Shown: positions 1-9,601, numbered from the stretch's first letter. The stretch: 64,000 nucleotides of DNA from Candidatus Elulimicrobium sp. (GCA_020720815.1 DYNY01000003.1:1002-65001), one strand, 5' to 3'. The notes: generated by a model from the sequence alone, not told the origin. A program made the numbers and translations.

Positions 1-2
1 AA

Positions 3-221
3 TACTTTGAAGCTAACTCAGATAGGTTCGTCAGCGATTATGCCACTCTCTCGCCAGATGAAGATTTGGCCGAGACTTTTGTCACCTTTGTGCATGAAGA
101 AAGGGGAAGAGGTACAACGTTGCGCGAAGAAAAAATAAACGCGTTTTATAGCCTGCCCGAGTTTGTATCAATCCGAAATACTTTGCGAAATAATCTTAAA
201 AAGTTGGGTGTATTGGATTAA
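3..221 (+). CDS. 3' part of putative zinc-binding metallopeptidase-like protein (truncated by window edge)
   Basis: Manual translation YFEANSDRFVSDYATLSPDEDLAETF...LGVLD*; FVSxYA...EDxAE motif. Confidence 0.55.
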   Translation, partial: YFEANSDRFVSDYATLSPDEDLAETFVTFVHEERGRGTTLREEKINAFYSLPEFVSIRNTLRNNLKKLGVLD

Positions 222-310
222 GAAGGAGGGTTTTTGCTACGTCTTGACAGCGGGTATATAATATAGTCGTAGCATATTGCCATAACTTATTAGTTAAGTA
301 TAAAAATACT

Positions 311-730
311 ATGTCACTAATAAGATGGGAACCATTTGATGAGTTTGATCGCTTCTTTAGGGAGGTACAACCGCTCGTACCAAATCGCCAGAATTCGATG
401 GGCTTTGATATGGCAGTGGATGTTTATGAGGATGGGAAAGATATTGTGGCGGAAATGAATGTACCAGGACTAAAAGGTGAAGATATCGATGTTGAGGTTG
501 AGGATAGTTATTTAAGGATTTCTGGGCGTCGCGAAGAAGTGCAAGAAAAGAAAGAAAAAAATCATTATGCTAAAGAGATTCGTCGCGGTTCTTTTGAAAG
601 GGTAGTGCAGCTACCCGATGCAGTAGAGCAAGAAGCAGTGAGTGCGCAGTACAAAGACGGTGTACTAAAAGTCGTCATGCCTAAACGAGAAAAGACTGCT
701 GACAAGAAAGTAAAGGTACAAGTGCGGTAG
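311..730 (+). CDS. Small heat-shock protein, Hsp20/alpha-crystallin family
   Basis: VDVYE, PG..EDIDV, EIRRGSFERVVQLP and AQYKDGVLKV motifs. Confidence 0.95.
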   Translation: MSLIRWEPFDEFDRFFREVQPLVPNRQNSMGFDMAVDVYEDGKDIVAEMNVPGLKGEDIDVEVEDSYLRISGRREEVQEKKEKNHYAKEIRRGSFERVVQLPDAVEQEAVSAQYKDGVLKVVMPKREKTADKKVKVQVR

Positions 731-748
731 AGGTAAAATTATATAACC

Positions 749-789
749 TAGAAACAAAGTTGCGCCCTAAAGGCGCAACTTTGTTTCTA
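749..789. terminator. Bidirectional intrinsic terminator
   Basis: 18-bp perfect stem tagaaacaaagttgcgcc/ggcgcaactttgtttcta between convergent genes. Confidence 0.85.
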
Positions 790-1353
790 CTAGTCTAGAC
801 CAAGTATTCCTTTAAATTTACTCCAGGTACTAGCCGAAGCTTTAGTTTTGGCTTGTATTTCTCTATTAGAATAACCAGTATTGGGTCCAACCACCGCTTC
901 TCCTTGTGGCAGGTCTGTATACCCATTTATCATTTTAGCATCATAAATTGATCCAGTAATTTCTCCATGTGGTTGAGGTTTGCCGAGGATTCCTTCTGTT
1001 GGTCTTACACTAGCTAGATTTGAGTCTCGATTACCAGCGTATAACCTTTCAGTTGTTGCCTCTTCATCAAATCTAGTATTTTCCCAACCAGTTTTTGTGT
1101 GGTCTTTTAGTTCTAAACCAGCCGACAACTCATCCAGCATTTCCTCATTTAAAATTACTTCTTTTCTTTCAATGCCCTTGGCTATTACATCGGTTGTACT
1201 GAAAGGCTCGTTAGCAGCTTCGTTTCCACCTGATTTTATTAAGTAGTCTACAAATTTTTTATTTTCAAGTTTTATGTCAGGCAAAGAATCATTACCATGT
1301 TCGTCCCAGTTATAAACGGGCCCATCTTTTTTTGCCCTACCTTCAATGCTCAT
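790..1353 (-). CDS. Hypothetical protein
   Basis: 187-aa ORF with AT-rich upstream region, ends at terminator; no family recognised. Confidence 0.7.
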   Translation of the reverse strand: MSIEGRAKKDGPVYNWDEHGNDSLPDIKLENKKFVDYLIKSGGNEAANEPFSTTDVIAKGIERKEVILNEEMLDELSAGLELKDHTKTGWENTRFDEEATTERLYAGNRDSNLASVRPTEGILGKPQPHGEITGSIYDAKMINGYTDLPQGEAVVGPNTGYSNREIQAKTKASASTWSKFKGILGLD

Positions 1354-1456
1354 GATTTATTGGCTTATATTTTAATTTAATTACATTTTACACGATTTTG
1401 ACAAAAATTGAACAATGAATTACAGCTAACGCACCAAGGCGTGCTAAAATCTAGCA

Positions 1457-1618
1457 ATGGAAAGAAAACTCATTTGGCTTGGCCTGGCCGTCGGATCTGC
1501 TGTCGGCGGATATATACCGATGTTATGGGGGGACCCTGCCTTCTCAATGTCTTCTGTGTTGTTAAGTGCTGTTGGTGGAATATTAGGGATTTGGCTTGGT
1601 TACCGTCTGGGTAGATAA
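1457..1618 (+). CDS. Small two-TM membrane protein (53 aa)
   Basis: Manual translation MERKLIWLGLAVGSAVGGYIPMLWGDPAFSMSSVLLSAVGGILGIWLGYRLGR; Gly-rich hydrophobic helices; below the ORF-track cutoff. Confidence 0.75.
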   Translation: MERKLIWLGLAVGSAVGGYIPMLWGDPAFSMSSVLLSAVGGILGIWLGYRLGR

Positions 1619-1712
1619 AGACGAAAACTTTTATTTTAAATAAATAAAGGCCCAGGTCTTAGCGTGCTAAACGCTAGTTTCCTGGACCCTTGTGACCAAC
1701 CTGGTCAATGAA

Positions 1713-3212
1713 TCACTTCTTCCGCATCAGCTCCGTGACCGGCTCGATCTTACCGGCGGTGAGGCTGAATACGGAATAGCGGTCCTCGTCACCGGCCTTG
1801 GGGCACATTGCGAGCGTACCGCTGTTGAGGCCGTGGTCGCGCAATGCACGGATGCCGTCCATGTTGGCCACCACGATGACTTCCTCCATCTCGCCCTTGA
1901 CGGGAACCGTCAGAAACGAAATGGATTGGGGAGCCATTTTTGCCGTGTTGGTGTGGGACAGAGAAGGTTCTCTGGTCACCGCGGTGACCGCTTGGCGAAC
2001 CTTCCTCGCGCCATCCTTCTTCACCATGAAGGATTCAATCAGTTCCCCGACCTCACCCGTCTTGGTGTTGTAGGAAGTGACGGAGATGCAGAAGGCGCCG
2101 TGTCCGAGCATCAGCCACTCATCGCCGACGACCGGATAGCCGTGACGGCGATCGCCCGAGAGGGTGTGTGCGAAGATGCGCTTGCGACCGGCGATTTCCG
2201 CCCGCTTGGCATCCCGCTCCGCTCGGCGCTTGGCACGCTCTTTTTCAGCGACAGCTTCTTCTTCCATCTTGGCCGCTTGACGTGCTGCGGTCAAGGTTTT
2301 GTTGATGGCTGTGCGAAGTGTTGCCTCGCGTTGCGACCAAATTGGCTCGAGGCCCTCGGCCTGCGCGATCAGTTCCTTCAGTGCGACGAGGTCCTTCAAC
2401 TTGCGACCGCCGATGGATTCACCACCGATGCGTTGACGATGGGAGAGATCCCGTACAGGCACCACTTCGCAGAGGCTCTGCTTGGTCGAGATCATGATGA
2501 CGAGTTCGTCACCGACCTCGCGCAGAAACGCCATCCCGGCAAAACCGTAGTTCTTGTACTCCTTTCCAAAGGACCACATTTCCTGGCCGTCAAAGACGAC
2601 TTGGGCAGGGAGGAACTCGGCATGAGGAGCGGCACGCGGAGATCTCAACTGCTCGATCCTGAAACCCTCGAAGAGGGTGGTTTGCAACTGAAAACCCTTG
2701 CTGTCGGTCTTCTCATCGATGATTCGTTTGTTCAAAAGTGGTGAGAAATGCCCTGCGTAAGAGATTTGTAATTCAGGTAGTGCCCAATCTGTACCTCTTA
2801 CTTTTCCTCGGCAGTTTTTAGCACCACAATGACAATCCCAACTTGATATGTAGTCTTCTCGTGCTTCCCAGAGGGCATAGTCAGCTAAAAGCTCTTCACC
2901 AATAGAAATGTTTCTCCGTGCAATAAGGGTGAAGGCGTCGTCCATCCACACATTTGGGTCGCATGAGTGATTGATAAAGTATGTATCATCTTCACCTCTA
3001 TCCTCTACACTGTATAAGTCATTGTCCCATTGCAGTATGAGTTTTTCTTCTTGCACTGCACGCTCAGCTTCTTCCTTATGTACATATTTACCACCCCACA
3101 CAAGCACTTTCTCACCTAAACAGATTGGACTTGTTGCAAACATTCCCTTACCACCAATCTCGGAGGCTTTGATTTCAATGTTTGGATGTATCCAAGACTG
3201 CGTAGGTATCAT
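1713..3212 (-). CDS. SET-domain methyltransferase (with post-SET CxCx4C) fused to an uncharacterised GC-rich-encoded domain
   Basis: GKGMFA, FINHSCDPN, GEELLADY and CHCGAKNCRG in the first ~160 aa; remainder unrelated. Confidence 0.8.
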   Translation of the reverse strand: MIPTQSWIHPNIEIKASEIGGKGMFATSPICLGEKVLVWGGKYVHKEEAERAVQEEKLILQWDNDLYSVEDRGEDDTYFINHSCDPNVWMDDAFTLIARRNISIGEELLADYALWEAREDYISSWDCHCGAKNCRGKVRGTDWALPELQISYAGHFSPLLNKRIIDEKTDSKGFQLQTTLFEGFRIEQLRSPRAAPHAEFLPAQVVFDGQEMWSFGKEYKNYGFAGMAFLREVGDELVIMISTKQSLCEVVPVRDLSHRQRIGGESIGGRKLKDLVALKELIAQAEGLEPIWSQREATLRTAINKTLTAARQAAKMEEEAVAEKERAKRRAERDAKRAEIAGRKRIFAHTLSGDRRHGYPVVGDEWLMLGHGAFCISVTSYNTKTGEVGELIESFMVKKDGARKVRQAVTAVTREPSLSHTNTAKMAPQSISFLTVPVKGEMEEVIVVANMDGIRALRDHGLNSGTLAMCPKAGDEDRYSVFSLTAGKIEPVTELMRKK

Positions 3213-3250
3213 AAAAACTACTTAGAATACACACTTTGGGGTACCTTCCA

Positions 3251-3421
3251 ATAGGTTACTTTGCAGTCTCAGTCGGGAATGTATCAGAGCAGGTGGTCAA
3301 AGAATACCTGGAACATCATTTCAGCGACGAGGATGAAGCTGATGATGCGTTCAAGATACAACCCTAACGTTTGACTTCAGTCAGCGAAGCACTCTGTGCG
3401 CTTCAGCGCACAGAGGTTGAA
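3251..3421 (+). mobile_element. IS200-family remnant: tnpA 3' end plus right-end hairpin
   Basis: 3251-3367 translates IGYFAVSVGNVSEQVVKEYLEHHF...* (TnpA helix carrying the catalytic Tyr); hairpin ctctgtgcgc-ttca-gcgcacagag at 3392-3415. Confidence 0.75.
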
Positions 3422-3448
3422 ATTTTTAATAGTATGTACTTAGATACA

Positions 3449-5062
3449 TTATGAGTTCATAAGTGGAAAGAGGTAAGCATACCCTTCTTTTTCCATATTA
3501 CTTTGTGAAATAAAACGGAGTGATGCAGAATTCATACAATATCGCTTACCACCCCTATCTGCTGGCCCATCATCGAACACATGCCCGAGATGTGAGTCAG
3601 CAAAGCGCGATCGGACTTCAGTTCGCTTTGTAAAGAGTGTACTGTCTTTGTGTAGCACAACTGCGTCATCCGTAATCGGTTTTACAAATGACGGCCACCC
3701 GGTGCCAGAGTCATATTTATCCTTTGAGAAATACAACGGTTCCCCCGATACAATGTCTACATAGATTCCCTCAACATCATTCTTATCATACTCGTTCTTA
3801 AATGGCGTTTCGGTTCCATCCTCTTGTGTCACCTCATACTGAATTGATGTGAGGCGAGCACGAAGAACTTCAGGGGAAGGCTTCATAAAACTTTGCCAAG
3901 AGTTTTCTTTGGAAGTTATAGTACTTGATCCTGGTTCAGTCCATATACTCGGAGTAACAAACGTATTTGCGGAATCGCCCCAATATTTTTTAATAAATGT
4001 ATCTCTTCCTGAGGCAGTGCGATATAAGTTGTACCGAACTGGATTCTTCTCAGAATAATCTTGATGATATTCTTCAGCTGCCCAAAATGGTACTCGCGGA
4101 GTGACCAGAAGCGGCAATGGATTAGGAAATGTACGAAGTGCATCAACCGTGTCAATGATCCGACGTGCTTCAATCTTTTCGATATCATTTTCGTAGAATA
4201 TTGCTGGTGCATATTCTTTTCCTCGATCACCGAAGGATCCTTCCGCGTCCGTTGGGTCACCGTGTTTAATGATATGTTCGACGAGGTTCCCAAATGTTAG
4301 GGTATTTGCATCATATGTTACCAACACTACTTCACGATGACCACCTTCCTCATAATTCTTATAGGTAGGATTCTCGGTAGACCCGCCCGCGTATCCCGAC
4401 ACTACATCAATAACCCCTGTAACTTCTTCAAGATCATGCTCCACGCACCAGAAACATCCGTTTGCAAGTAGAGCAGTCTTTTTCGACATCTCGTAATTTT
4501 GTTGTCCTGTGGTGGTGCTAGGAATTGGTATTTCGGCGGACTTGCTCATGTCATCACCGTCTTGCATAGAATCTTCAACACTCAATTCGTTTGAAGTTAA
4601 TCCACTAATACTAATGTCCGCGTAGTTAAACAAAACACCAAACTGTTTACACCACGTCATCACGTATTTATAATCAGAAATATCTACCTCTGCAGGAATA
4701 ATGTAGTTGATATTACCCTCTGTGCCACGTAGCTCCCCAAGACTCACAAACTCCTTACCTTCAAGATCTTTGCTTAAATATACAAATAAATCTGGGCCAT
4801 TGATTGTCTTGAAATTTTCATAACAAATAGTTTTTCCTTCCGGAGAATCAATGAGTCTTACGGTTCCTTCAGCTGGATGCCCAACTGTACCCATAACAGG
4901 ATAGCTCTCAACAATCATGACCTCGTCTTTACTACTAGAAACACTTAGCATTACTGGGGCTTCTTCGTTAAGTGTAACTGTTTTAAAGGTTGGAGAGATG
5001 GTGTAATAACCAAAACCGATGAGCACCGTGGCGACGACTGCAATAATTATTTTATTTAACAT
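3449..5062 (-). CDS. msrAB: Membrane-anchored DM13-MsrA-MsrB fusion peptide methionine sulfoxide reductase
   Basis: N-terminal TM; DM13 (GPDLFVYLS...GNINY..WCKQF); MsrA GCFWC and AEEYHQDY; MsrB GTGWPSF, HLGHVF, RYCMNS. Confidence 0.9.
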   Translation of the reverse strand: MLNKIIIAVVATVLIGFGYYTISPTFKTVTLNEEAPVMLSVSSSKDEVMIVESYPVMGTVGHPAEGTVRLIDSPEGKTICYENFKTINGPDLFVYLSKDLEGKEFVSLGELRGTEGNINYIIPAEVDISDYKYVMTWCKQFGVLFNYADISISGLTSNELSVEDSMQDGDDMSKSAEIPIPSTTTGQQNYEMSKKTALLANGCFWCVEHDLEEVTGVIDVVSGYAGGSTENPTYKNYEEGGHREVVLVTYDANTLTFGNLVEHIIKHGDPTDAEGSFGDRGKEYAPAIFYENDIEKIEARRIIDTVDALRTFPNPLPLLVTPRVPFWAAEEYHQDYSEKNPVRYNLYRTASGRDTFIKKYWGDSANTFVTPSIWTEPGSSTITSKENSWQSFMKPSPEVLRARLTSIQYEVTQEDGTETPFKNEYDKNDVEGIYVDIVSGEPLYFSKDKYDSGTGWPSFVKPITDDAVVLHKDSTLFTKRTEVRSRFADSHLGHVFDDGPADRGGKRYCMNSASLRFISQSNMEKEGYAYLFPLMNS

Positions 5063-5093
5063 ATACTAATAAGTATATACAAAACAAGGAGAA

Positions 5094-5111
5094 TGTAAAG
5101 TTAACTTTACA
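5094..5111. promoter_or_regulatory. Operator TGTAAAG-N4-CTTTACA upstream of msrAB
   Basis: Palindrome that extends to 34 bp (5086-5119); the same motif occurs at 5731 and 5825; may also act as a terminator. Confidence 0.65.
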
Positions 5112-5134
5112 TTCTCCTTAGAGGATAACTCTTT

Positions 5135-5497
5135 TTATCGATTTTTGTCGCTCCAGATGCGCGTAGCAATCTTTGCAACAATCATCACGACCAGCGAAAC
5201 AACGAGCCACGGGTCGACGGTATGTGTATACCCCTCTACAACAATACCCAGAATGAGAAGAGCAGAACCTGCAAGAAATGCGTTTCTCCCCGCAAGGGTC
5301 TCATGCACAGCATCTCGTTCGTCAACAGTCTTCTCACGTAAAATAAAACTTGCAAATATTCCAAAGAGTACTAGTGTGAGAACAAGCATACCCACAACCA
5401 TCATGTCGGGCATCCAAAAGTCAAAAGGATTGAGAAGTAGCACAGCAATAAGTATCAGAAGTAGGGTAGTAAATATTTCAGAAAGATTATTTTTCAT
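5135..5497 (-). CDS. DUF2178-like membrane protein
   Basis: Four TM segments, DERD motif, overlaps the stop of the XRE gene. Confidence 0.7.
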   Translation of the reverse strand: MKNNLSEIFTTLLLILIAVLLLNPFDFWMPDMMVVGMLVLTLVLFGIFASFILREKTVDERDAVHETLAGRNAFLAGSALLILGIVVEGYTHTVDPWLVVSLVVMIVAKIATRIWSDKNR

Positions 5498-5699
5498 ACG
5501 ATATGGTAAATAGTTTCTCAACAGACACTTTGAAAAAGTGCGCTATCTTGAGTGCTAATAAAATTGACGGCGTGTAGTTACCTTTTTCAAGCGCAATGAT
5601 AGTCTGACGACTTACGCCCACTGCGCGCGCAAGATCTTCTTGGGTGATTCCTAAATTCACCCGGTAATCAGGTACTTTATTTTTTATACTCTCCTGCAT
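5487..5699 (-). CDS. XRE-family HTH transcriptional regulator
   Basis: [27 protein letters not shown]. Confidence 0.92.
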   Translation of the reverse strand: MQESIKNKVPDYRVNLGITQEDLARAVGVSRQTIIALEKGNYTPSILLALKIAHFFKVSVEKLFTISYEK

Positions 5700-5730
5700 A
5701 GTAATATATGTTATAGAGTTTTGATGAGTA

Positions 5731-5748
5731 TGTAAAGTTTTCTTTACA
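5731..5748. promoter_or_regulatory. Operator TGTAAAG-N4-CTTTACA upstream of XRE gene
   Basis: tgtaaagttttctttaca. Confidence 0.7.
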
Positions 5749-5824
5749 CGGGATCACTTGCTTATTGAACTACGTCGTTTACTTACGACAGGGTAGTTCA
5801 ATTGGTCGTTGCAAAAGTTTTAAA

Positions 5825-5842
5825 AGTAAAGTAGACTTTACA
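5825..5842. promoter_or_regulatory. Operator GTAAAG-N4-CTTTACA upstream of msrB
   Basis: agtaaagtagactttaca. Confidence 0.65.
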
Positions 5843-5955
5843 TCGGGAAGTGTGAAATTGTAACAATAGTAAAGAAGTAAAAAATAATTAGTATAACCAA
5901 AGTTTCAAAATTATCTTTGACTTGATTGTGTTTATCTATATTAAATCCCACCCGT

Positions 5956-6360
5956 ATGATATCTGACGAACAATTGAAGAAAGTTAACCCCGAATTGTAT
6001 AAAATTGCTCGAGAGGGTGGTACCGAAGCCCCACACTCCAGCGATCTGTTGTATGTTGACGATAATGGAACTTTCCACTGCGCAGTTTGCAACGCGCTGC
6101 TATTTGACTCGGAAACTAAGTTTGATTCCGGATCAGGTTGGCCCTCTTTTACAGATCCAATAAATAAAGAGGCCGTCACCCTCATCCATGATCATAGTCA
6201 TGGGATGCGAAGAACAGAAGTCCGTTGCAGTAATTGCAAGGCGCACTTAGGGCATGTCTTCCCTGATGGTCCAGAACGAACCGGTGGTGGAGAAAGAGAC
6301 TTTGGGCGTCACAATCGATATTGTATCAATGGCATTTCGCTTGAAATGCATAATAAATAA
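5956..6360 (+). CDS. msrB: Peptide-methionine (R)-S-oxide reductase, Zn-binding type
   Basis: CAVC and CSNC Zn motifs, GSGWPSF, HLGHVFPDGP, RYCIN. Confidence 0.93.
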   Translation: MISDEQLKKVNPELYKIAREGGTEAPHSSDLLYVDDNGTFHCAVCNALLFDSETKFDSGSGWPSFTDPINKEAVTLIHDHSHGMRRTEVRCSNCKAHLGHVFPDGPERTGGGERDFGRHNRYCINGISLEMHNK

Positions 6361-6363
6361 TTT

Positions 6364-6861
6364 ATGTCACAAAATTACAAAAAGGCTGTGGTGGCAGGGG
6401 GTTGTTTTTGGGGACTTGAAGACTTACTTCGAACACAGCCTGGCATTGTCGAGACTGAGACAGGTTATGCTGGCGGAAAAAATGCTAATCCGACATACGA
6501 ATCTCACCCAGGTCATGCTGAAGCCGTGGAAATTACTTACGACCCTTCAGTTACCGCCTACAAAAATATTCTTGACTTCTTTTTTCAAATCCATAACCCA
6601 ACAACTCTAAATCAGCAAGGAAATGATAAGGGTACTTCATACCGTTCTACAATCTTTTTCGCCACTAAGGAAGAAAAAGATACGGCGGAAGAGATGATAG
6701 GTATTGTAAATGAGTCTGGTCGATGGAATGAGCCTGTTGTCACAACACTTGAGCCGCTGACACGTTTTTGGCCAGCTGTAGATTATCACCAAGATTATCT
6801 ACAGAAGAGTCCTGGTGGTTATACGTGCCATGCCATATATTTTGATAGCTATCTGCAGTAG
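6364..6861 (+). CDS. msrA: Peptide-methionine (S)-S-oxide reductase
   Basis: AGGCFWG, GHAEAV, YHQDYL, GYTCH. Confidence 0.95.
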   Translation: MSQNYKKAVVAGGCFWGLEDLLRTQPGIVETETGYAGGKNANPTYESHPGHAEAVEITYDPSVTAYKNILDFFFQIHNPTTLNQQGNDKGTSYRSTIFFATKEEKDTAEEMIGIVNESGRWNEPVVTTLEPLTRFWPAVDYHQDYLQKSPGGYTCHAIYFDSYLQ

Positions 6862-6943
6862 TAACTACACACTATATTTTTACCCTAAAATAAGATTCTA
6901 AAAAACAAACCCAAAATCCTCACTAGGGAAACGTTTGACTAGA

Positions 6944-6977
6944 ACCAAAATGTCCCCTGTTTAGGGGACATTTTGGT
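6944..6977. terminator. Intrinsic terminator
   Basis: accaaaatgtcccct/aggggacattttggt stem followed by a T-run. Confidence 0.75.
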
Positions 6978-7185
6978 GTTTTTATATTCTGGGCGACGTC
7001 GTAGAGAAAGTTAGAGTGTGTTTGATTGTTTGAGTGATTTGAGTGTCTATATTCCAGTGTTTAGTACAATACTGAATAGATTACCCTTGGCAATCCGCAT
7101 GGACTATCTTTTGTTGAGAGAAGCAACAAAATCATCTACTGTTTCAAAAACCTCTAGCTCTCCATCCTCAAAAGACTATTCAGCG

Positions 7186-7767
7186 TCACTTCATTTTAAA
7201 TGAAGTGAGCATTCTATCGTATATTTTTGTTGGTAATGTCCATGTTTCATCTCCTCCAAACTTTTCAAAACTGAGTCTATATATAGTATTTCCGTACCCA
7301 ATGAAATAATCATAGTTTAAGTCGGTCGTGATAATTTTGTACGCCGTGTACCCATTTACCTCGGTTTCCTCTGCACTCGCAACAATCGTGTTTGGGTATG
7401 GATAGATACCGTCGCTTTGGACTCGCGACTCTCTCAGATACCAATCCTTCGGGCTGAGTTTTTTTAGGTTCTCATACACGTGCACTGTCATTGAGGTCAT
7501 CTGTTCTTCTCCTCTTGAACTTTTTCCGTTTGTGAAAAAAGTCATTTCTATGCTCTCTGAAATTTCTTTACCGGTTCCTTCTGCTTTCCATCCGCTGGGA
7601 TATTCAATTTGATACGCATATTTGTAATTTTGATAGACTTTGAAGTCATCTTTTTCTTGGCTACAATTAAAACAGGTTTGAGTAAGTACGTACGCAAGGA
7701 CGATGAAAATCCCCATGACTAATACACCCACGTTCAAGTATCGGAATATTTTTTGACTGTTGCTCAT
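7186..7767 (-). CDS. Membrane-anchored PsbP-like exported protein
   Basis: N-terminal TM; YQNYKYAYQIEYPSGW and terminal MLTSFK pattern. Confidence 0.6.
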   Translation of the reverse strand: MSNSQKIFRYLNVGVLVMGIFIVLAYVLTQTCFNCSQEKDDFKVYQNYKYAYQIEYPSGWKAEGTGKEISESIEMTFFTNGKSSRGEEQMTSMTVHVYENLKKLSPKDWYLRESRVQSDGIYPYPNTIVASAEETEVNGYTAYKIITTDLNYDYFIGYGNTIYRLSFEKFGGDETWTLPTKIYDRMLTSFKMK

Positions 7768-7934
7768 CGATTTATTATCACATATCTCTGATTGAACAAT
7801 CAATGTGCTACGGGCAGTGAAAGTGTGCTAGAAAATTGTGTCAGCCATCATTTCCATATAAGTCACTTTTTAATTTTACCTAGTGGAACCAGAAGTCCTT
7901 ATTTAGATTTCTTTCTTGCAGGGTAGAGACAGTG

Positions 7935-8103
7935 GGGCGGCTATCGGGAATATCTTTCATTACATGAACGGTACACCTTTCGTATCGTACTTCGCTAGCG
8001 CTCGTGCGATACACTCAAGGTCTTCGATTCCCGAGCGGAAGCAAAGCAGTTTGCTTCCTTAGCCGCCCAAAACACAAAAGACCCTAAAGGGGTCCTTGTG
8101 TTT
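7935..8103. repeat. tRNA-His-linked repeat element (direct and inverted copies of the tRNA 3' end)
   Basis: gggcggctatcgggaat at 7935-7951 equals 8105-8121; interrupted inverted copy at 8023-8077. Confidence 0.75.
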
Positions 8104-8178
8104 TGGGCGGCTATCGGGAATCGAACCCGAATCGAAGGCTCCACAAACCTCAGTGTTAACCGTTACACCATAGCCGCC
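8104..8178 (-). tRNA. tRNA-His(GTG)
   Basis: Reverse complement GGCGGCTATGGTGTAACGGTTAACACTGAGGTTTGTGGAGCCTTCGATTCGGGTTCGATTCCCGATAGCCGCCCA; GTG anticodon; G-1 present. Confidence 0.93.
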
Positions 8179-8300
8179 AGAAGTGTTGTTAGGATTCCGT
8201 TCTTGGAGTCCGTAACGCGCTATTTATACCTATTTTTTGCTAAAAAGTCGAGCCTTTTGTTTGCCCTGACATCTTTGTAGTGCTACACTTGTTCTTGATT

Positions 8301-8390
8301 ATGGACCACGAAGCTTTACTGGTCACTTTATTTTTTACCTTCATGCTTGGAGCAGGGGTTGGTTTTTATCTCACCAAATTTTTATTGTAG
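8301..8390 (+). CDS. Putative 29-aa single-TM peptide
   Basis: MDHEALLVTLFFTFMLGAGVGFYLTKFLL; extended -10-like tgctacact just upstream. Confidence 0.45.
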   Translation: MDHEALLVTLFFTFMLGAGVGFYLTKFLL

Positions 8391-8419
8391 TTAGTCATTA
8401 TTCACTAAGACCAAAATAA

Positions 8420-9601
8420 ATGCCTAGAATTAAGACGGTAGTAACTAAATTAGTTGCCTTGTTCCTTCTAGGTTCCGTGGTGACACCTCTTTTTGCTCAA
8501 GAGCTACACCAAGATGTTCAGGAGTTACTAAAGGCTGAAGTGTTTGAGGTAGTAGATGAATATGAGCGGGATATTATGGGGACGCAGGCTTCGACAACTG
8601 TTCAAGAACTACGAATCATAATTAAGGAAGGAGAAAGAGAAGGGGAGGTGGTTAGGTTAGAGAATGATTTAATTAAGTTAGCTAAAGGGGACGATATCTT
8701 TGTTACTCGAATGGTGATGATAGATGGAACCGAATATTTCACTTTTAAGGATATTGAGCGGCGACCACCCTTAATTTTTCTCGTGTTTATATTTATCGGC
8801 TTAATAATTTGGCTTTCTGGGATGCAGGGAGTAAGAGCTATTTTGAGTCTTGGGCTTAGTGTTGCGGCTATATTGTTTGTATTGATTCCGGCCTTAAAGC
8901 TCGGCTATTCACCAGCCCTAGTTAGTCTTGGGATTGCTGGAGTAATTTTGGCGGTTACGCTCTTTTTTACCCACGGCTTCAAGCCACGAGTGGTGGTGAC
9001 ATTTCTTGGGACCTTTGGTGCGGTTTTTATTACCTGTATTGTTGCATGGGTTTGGGTAGAGTGGATGCGTTTTACTGGCTTTGGGGATGATGCTTCAGTT
9101 TATTTAAATTTTGCTACCGGTGGAAAGATTGATTTAGCCGGCCTACTTCTAGGGGGAATTATTATTGGTCTTCTCGGAGTATTGGATGATGTCTCTATTA
9201 CGCAAGCTTCGGTGGTGCAGGAACTTAAGGGGGCCAATCCCGGACTTGGTTTCAAGGCACTATACACAAAAGCACTGCGGGTCGGGAAAGACCATGTTGG
9301 TTCCTTGGTAAACACTTTGGCCTTGGCCTACGCCGGTGCCTCATTACCACTGTTGCTTCTTTATGCCTACTCGGAGTCATCAATGTGGGTAATTTTAAAC
9401 CAGGAGGTAATAGCGGCTGAAGTATTAAGAATAGTAGTGGGTAGTATCGGATTGATTTTAGCTGTACCGTTAACGACCGCTCTGGCAGCTTGGTATTTTA
9501 AGGATCAGGTGGTGGAGGAAGAGGATGATCATGGGCATTCGCATAGTCATGGACATAGTTACAATAGTGAAAACAAGCCAAAACATTATGACTACCATTA
9601 A
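8420..9601 (+). CDS. YibE/F family membrane protein with His-rich tail
   Basis: GIIIGLLGVLDDVSITQAS, GKDHVGSLVNTLALAYAG, IGLILAVPLTT; C-terminal HGHSHSHGH. Confidence 0.9.
   Translation: MPRIKTVVTKLVALFLLGSVVTPLFAQELHQDVQELLKAEVFEVVDEYERDIMGTQASTTVQELRIIIKEGEREGEVVRLENDLIKLAKGDDIFVTRMVMIDGTEYFTFKDIERRPPLIFLVFIFIGLIIWLSGMQGVRAILSLGLSVAAILFVLIPALKLGYSPALVSLGIAGVILAVTLFFTHGFKPRVVVTFLGTFGAVFITCIVAWVWVEWMRFTGFGDDASVYLNFATGGKIDLAGLLLGGIIIGLLGVLDDVSITQASVVQELKGANPGLGFKALYTKALRVGKDHVGSLVNTLALAYAGASLPLLLLYAYSESSMWVILNQEVIAAEVLRIVVGSIGLILAVPLTTALAAWYFKDQVVEEEDDHGHSHSHGHSYNSENKPKHYDYH

Noticed and set aside
244-272. Sigma70 promoter or CIRCE for hsp20
   Set aside because: TTGACA and TATAAT are only 7 nt apart; no CIRCE inverted repeat seen
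1408-1614. 68-aa ORF in the track
   Set aside because: The alternative frame 1457-1618 gives a convincing membrane protein
1692-2744. 350-aa plus-strand ORF
   Set aside because: Antisense shadow of the GC-rich part of the minus-strand ORF; no recognisable motifs
790-7951. Prophage or integrative island at tRNA-His
   Set aside because: No integrase or phage genes; the only tRNA-end duplicate found is 170 bp from the tRNA
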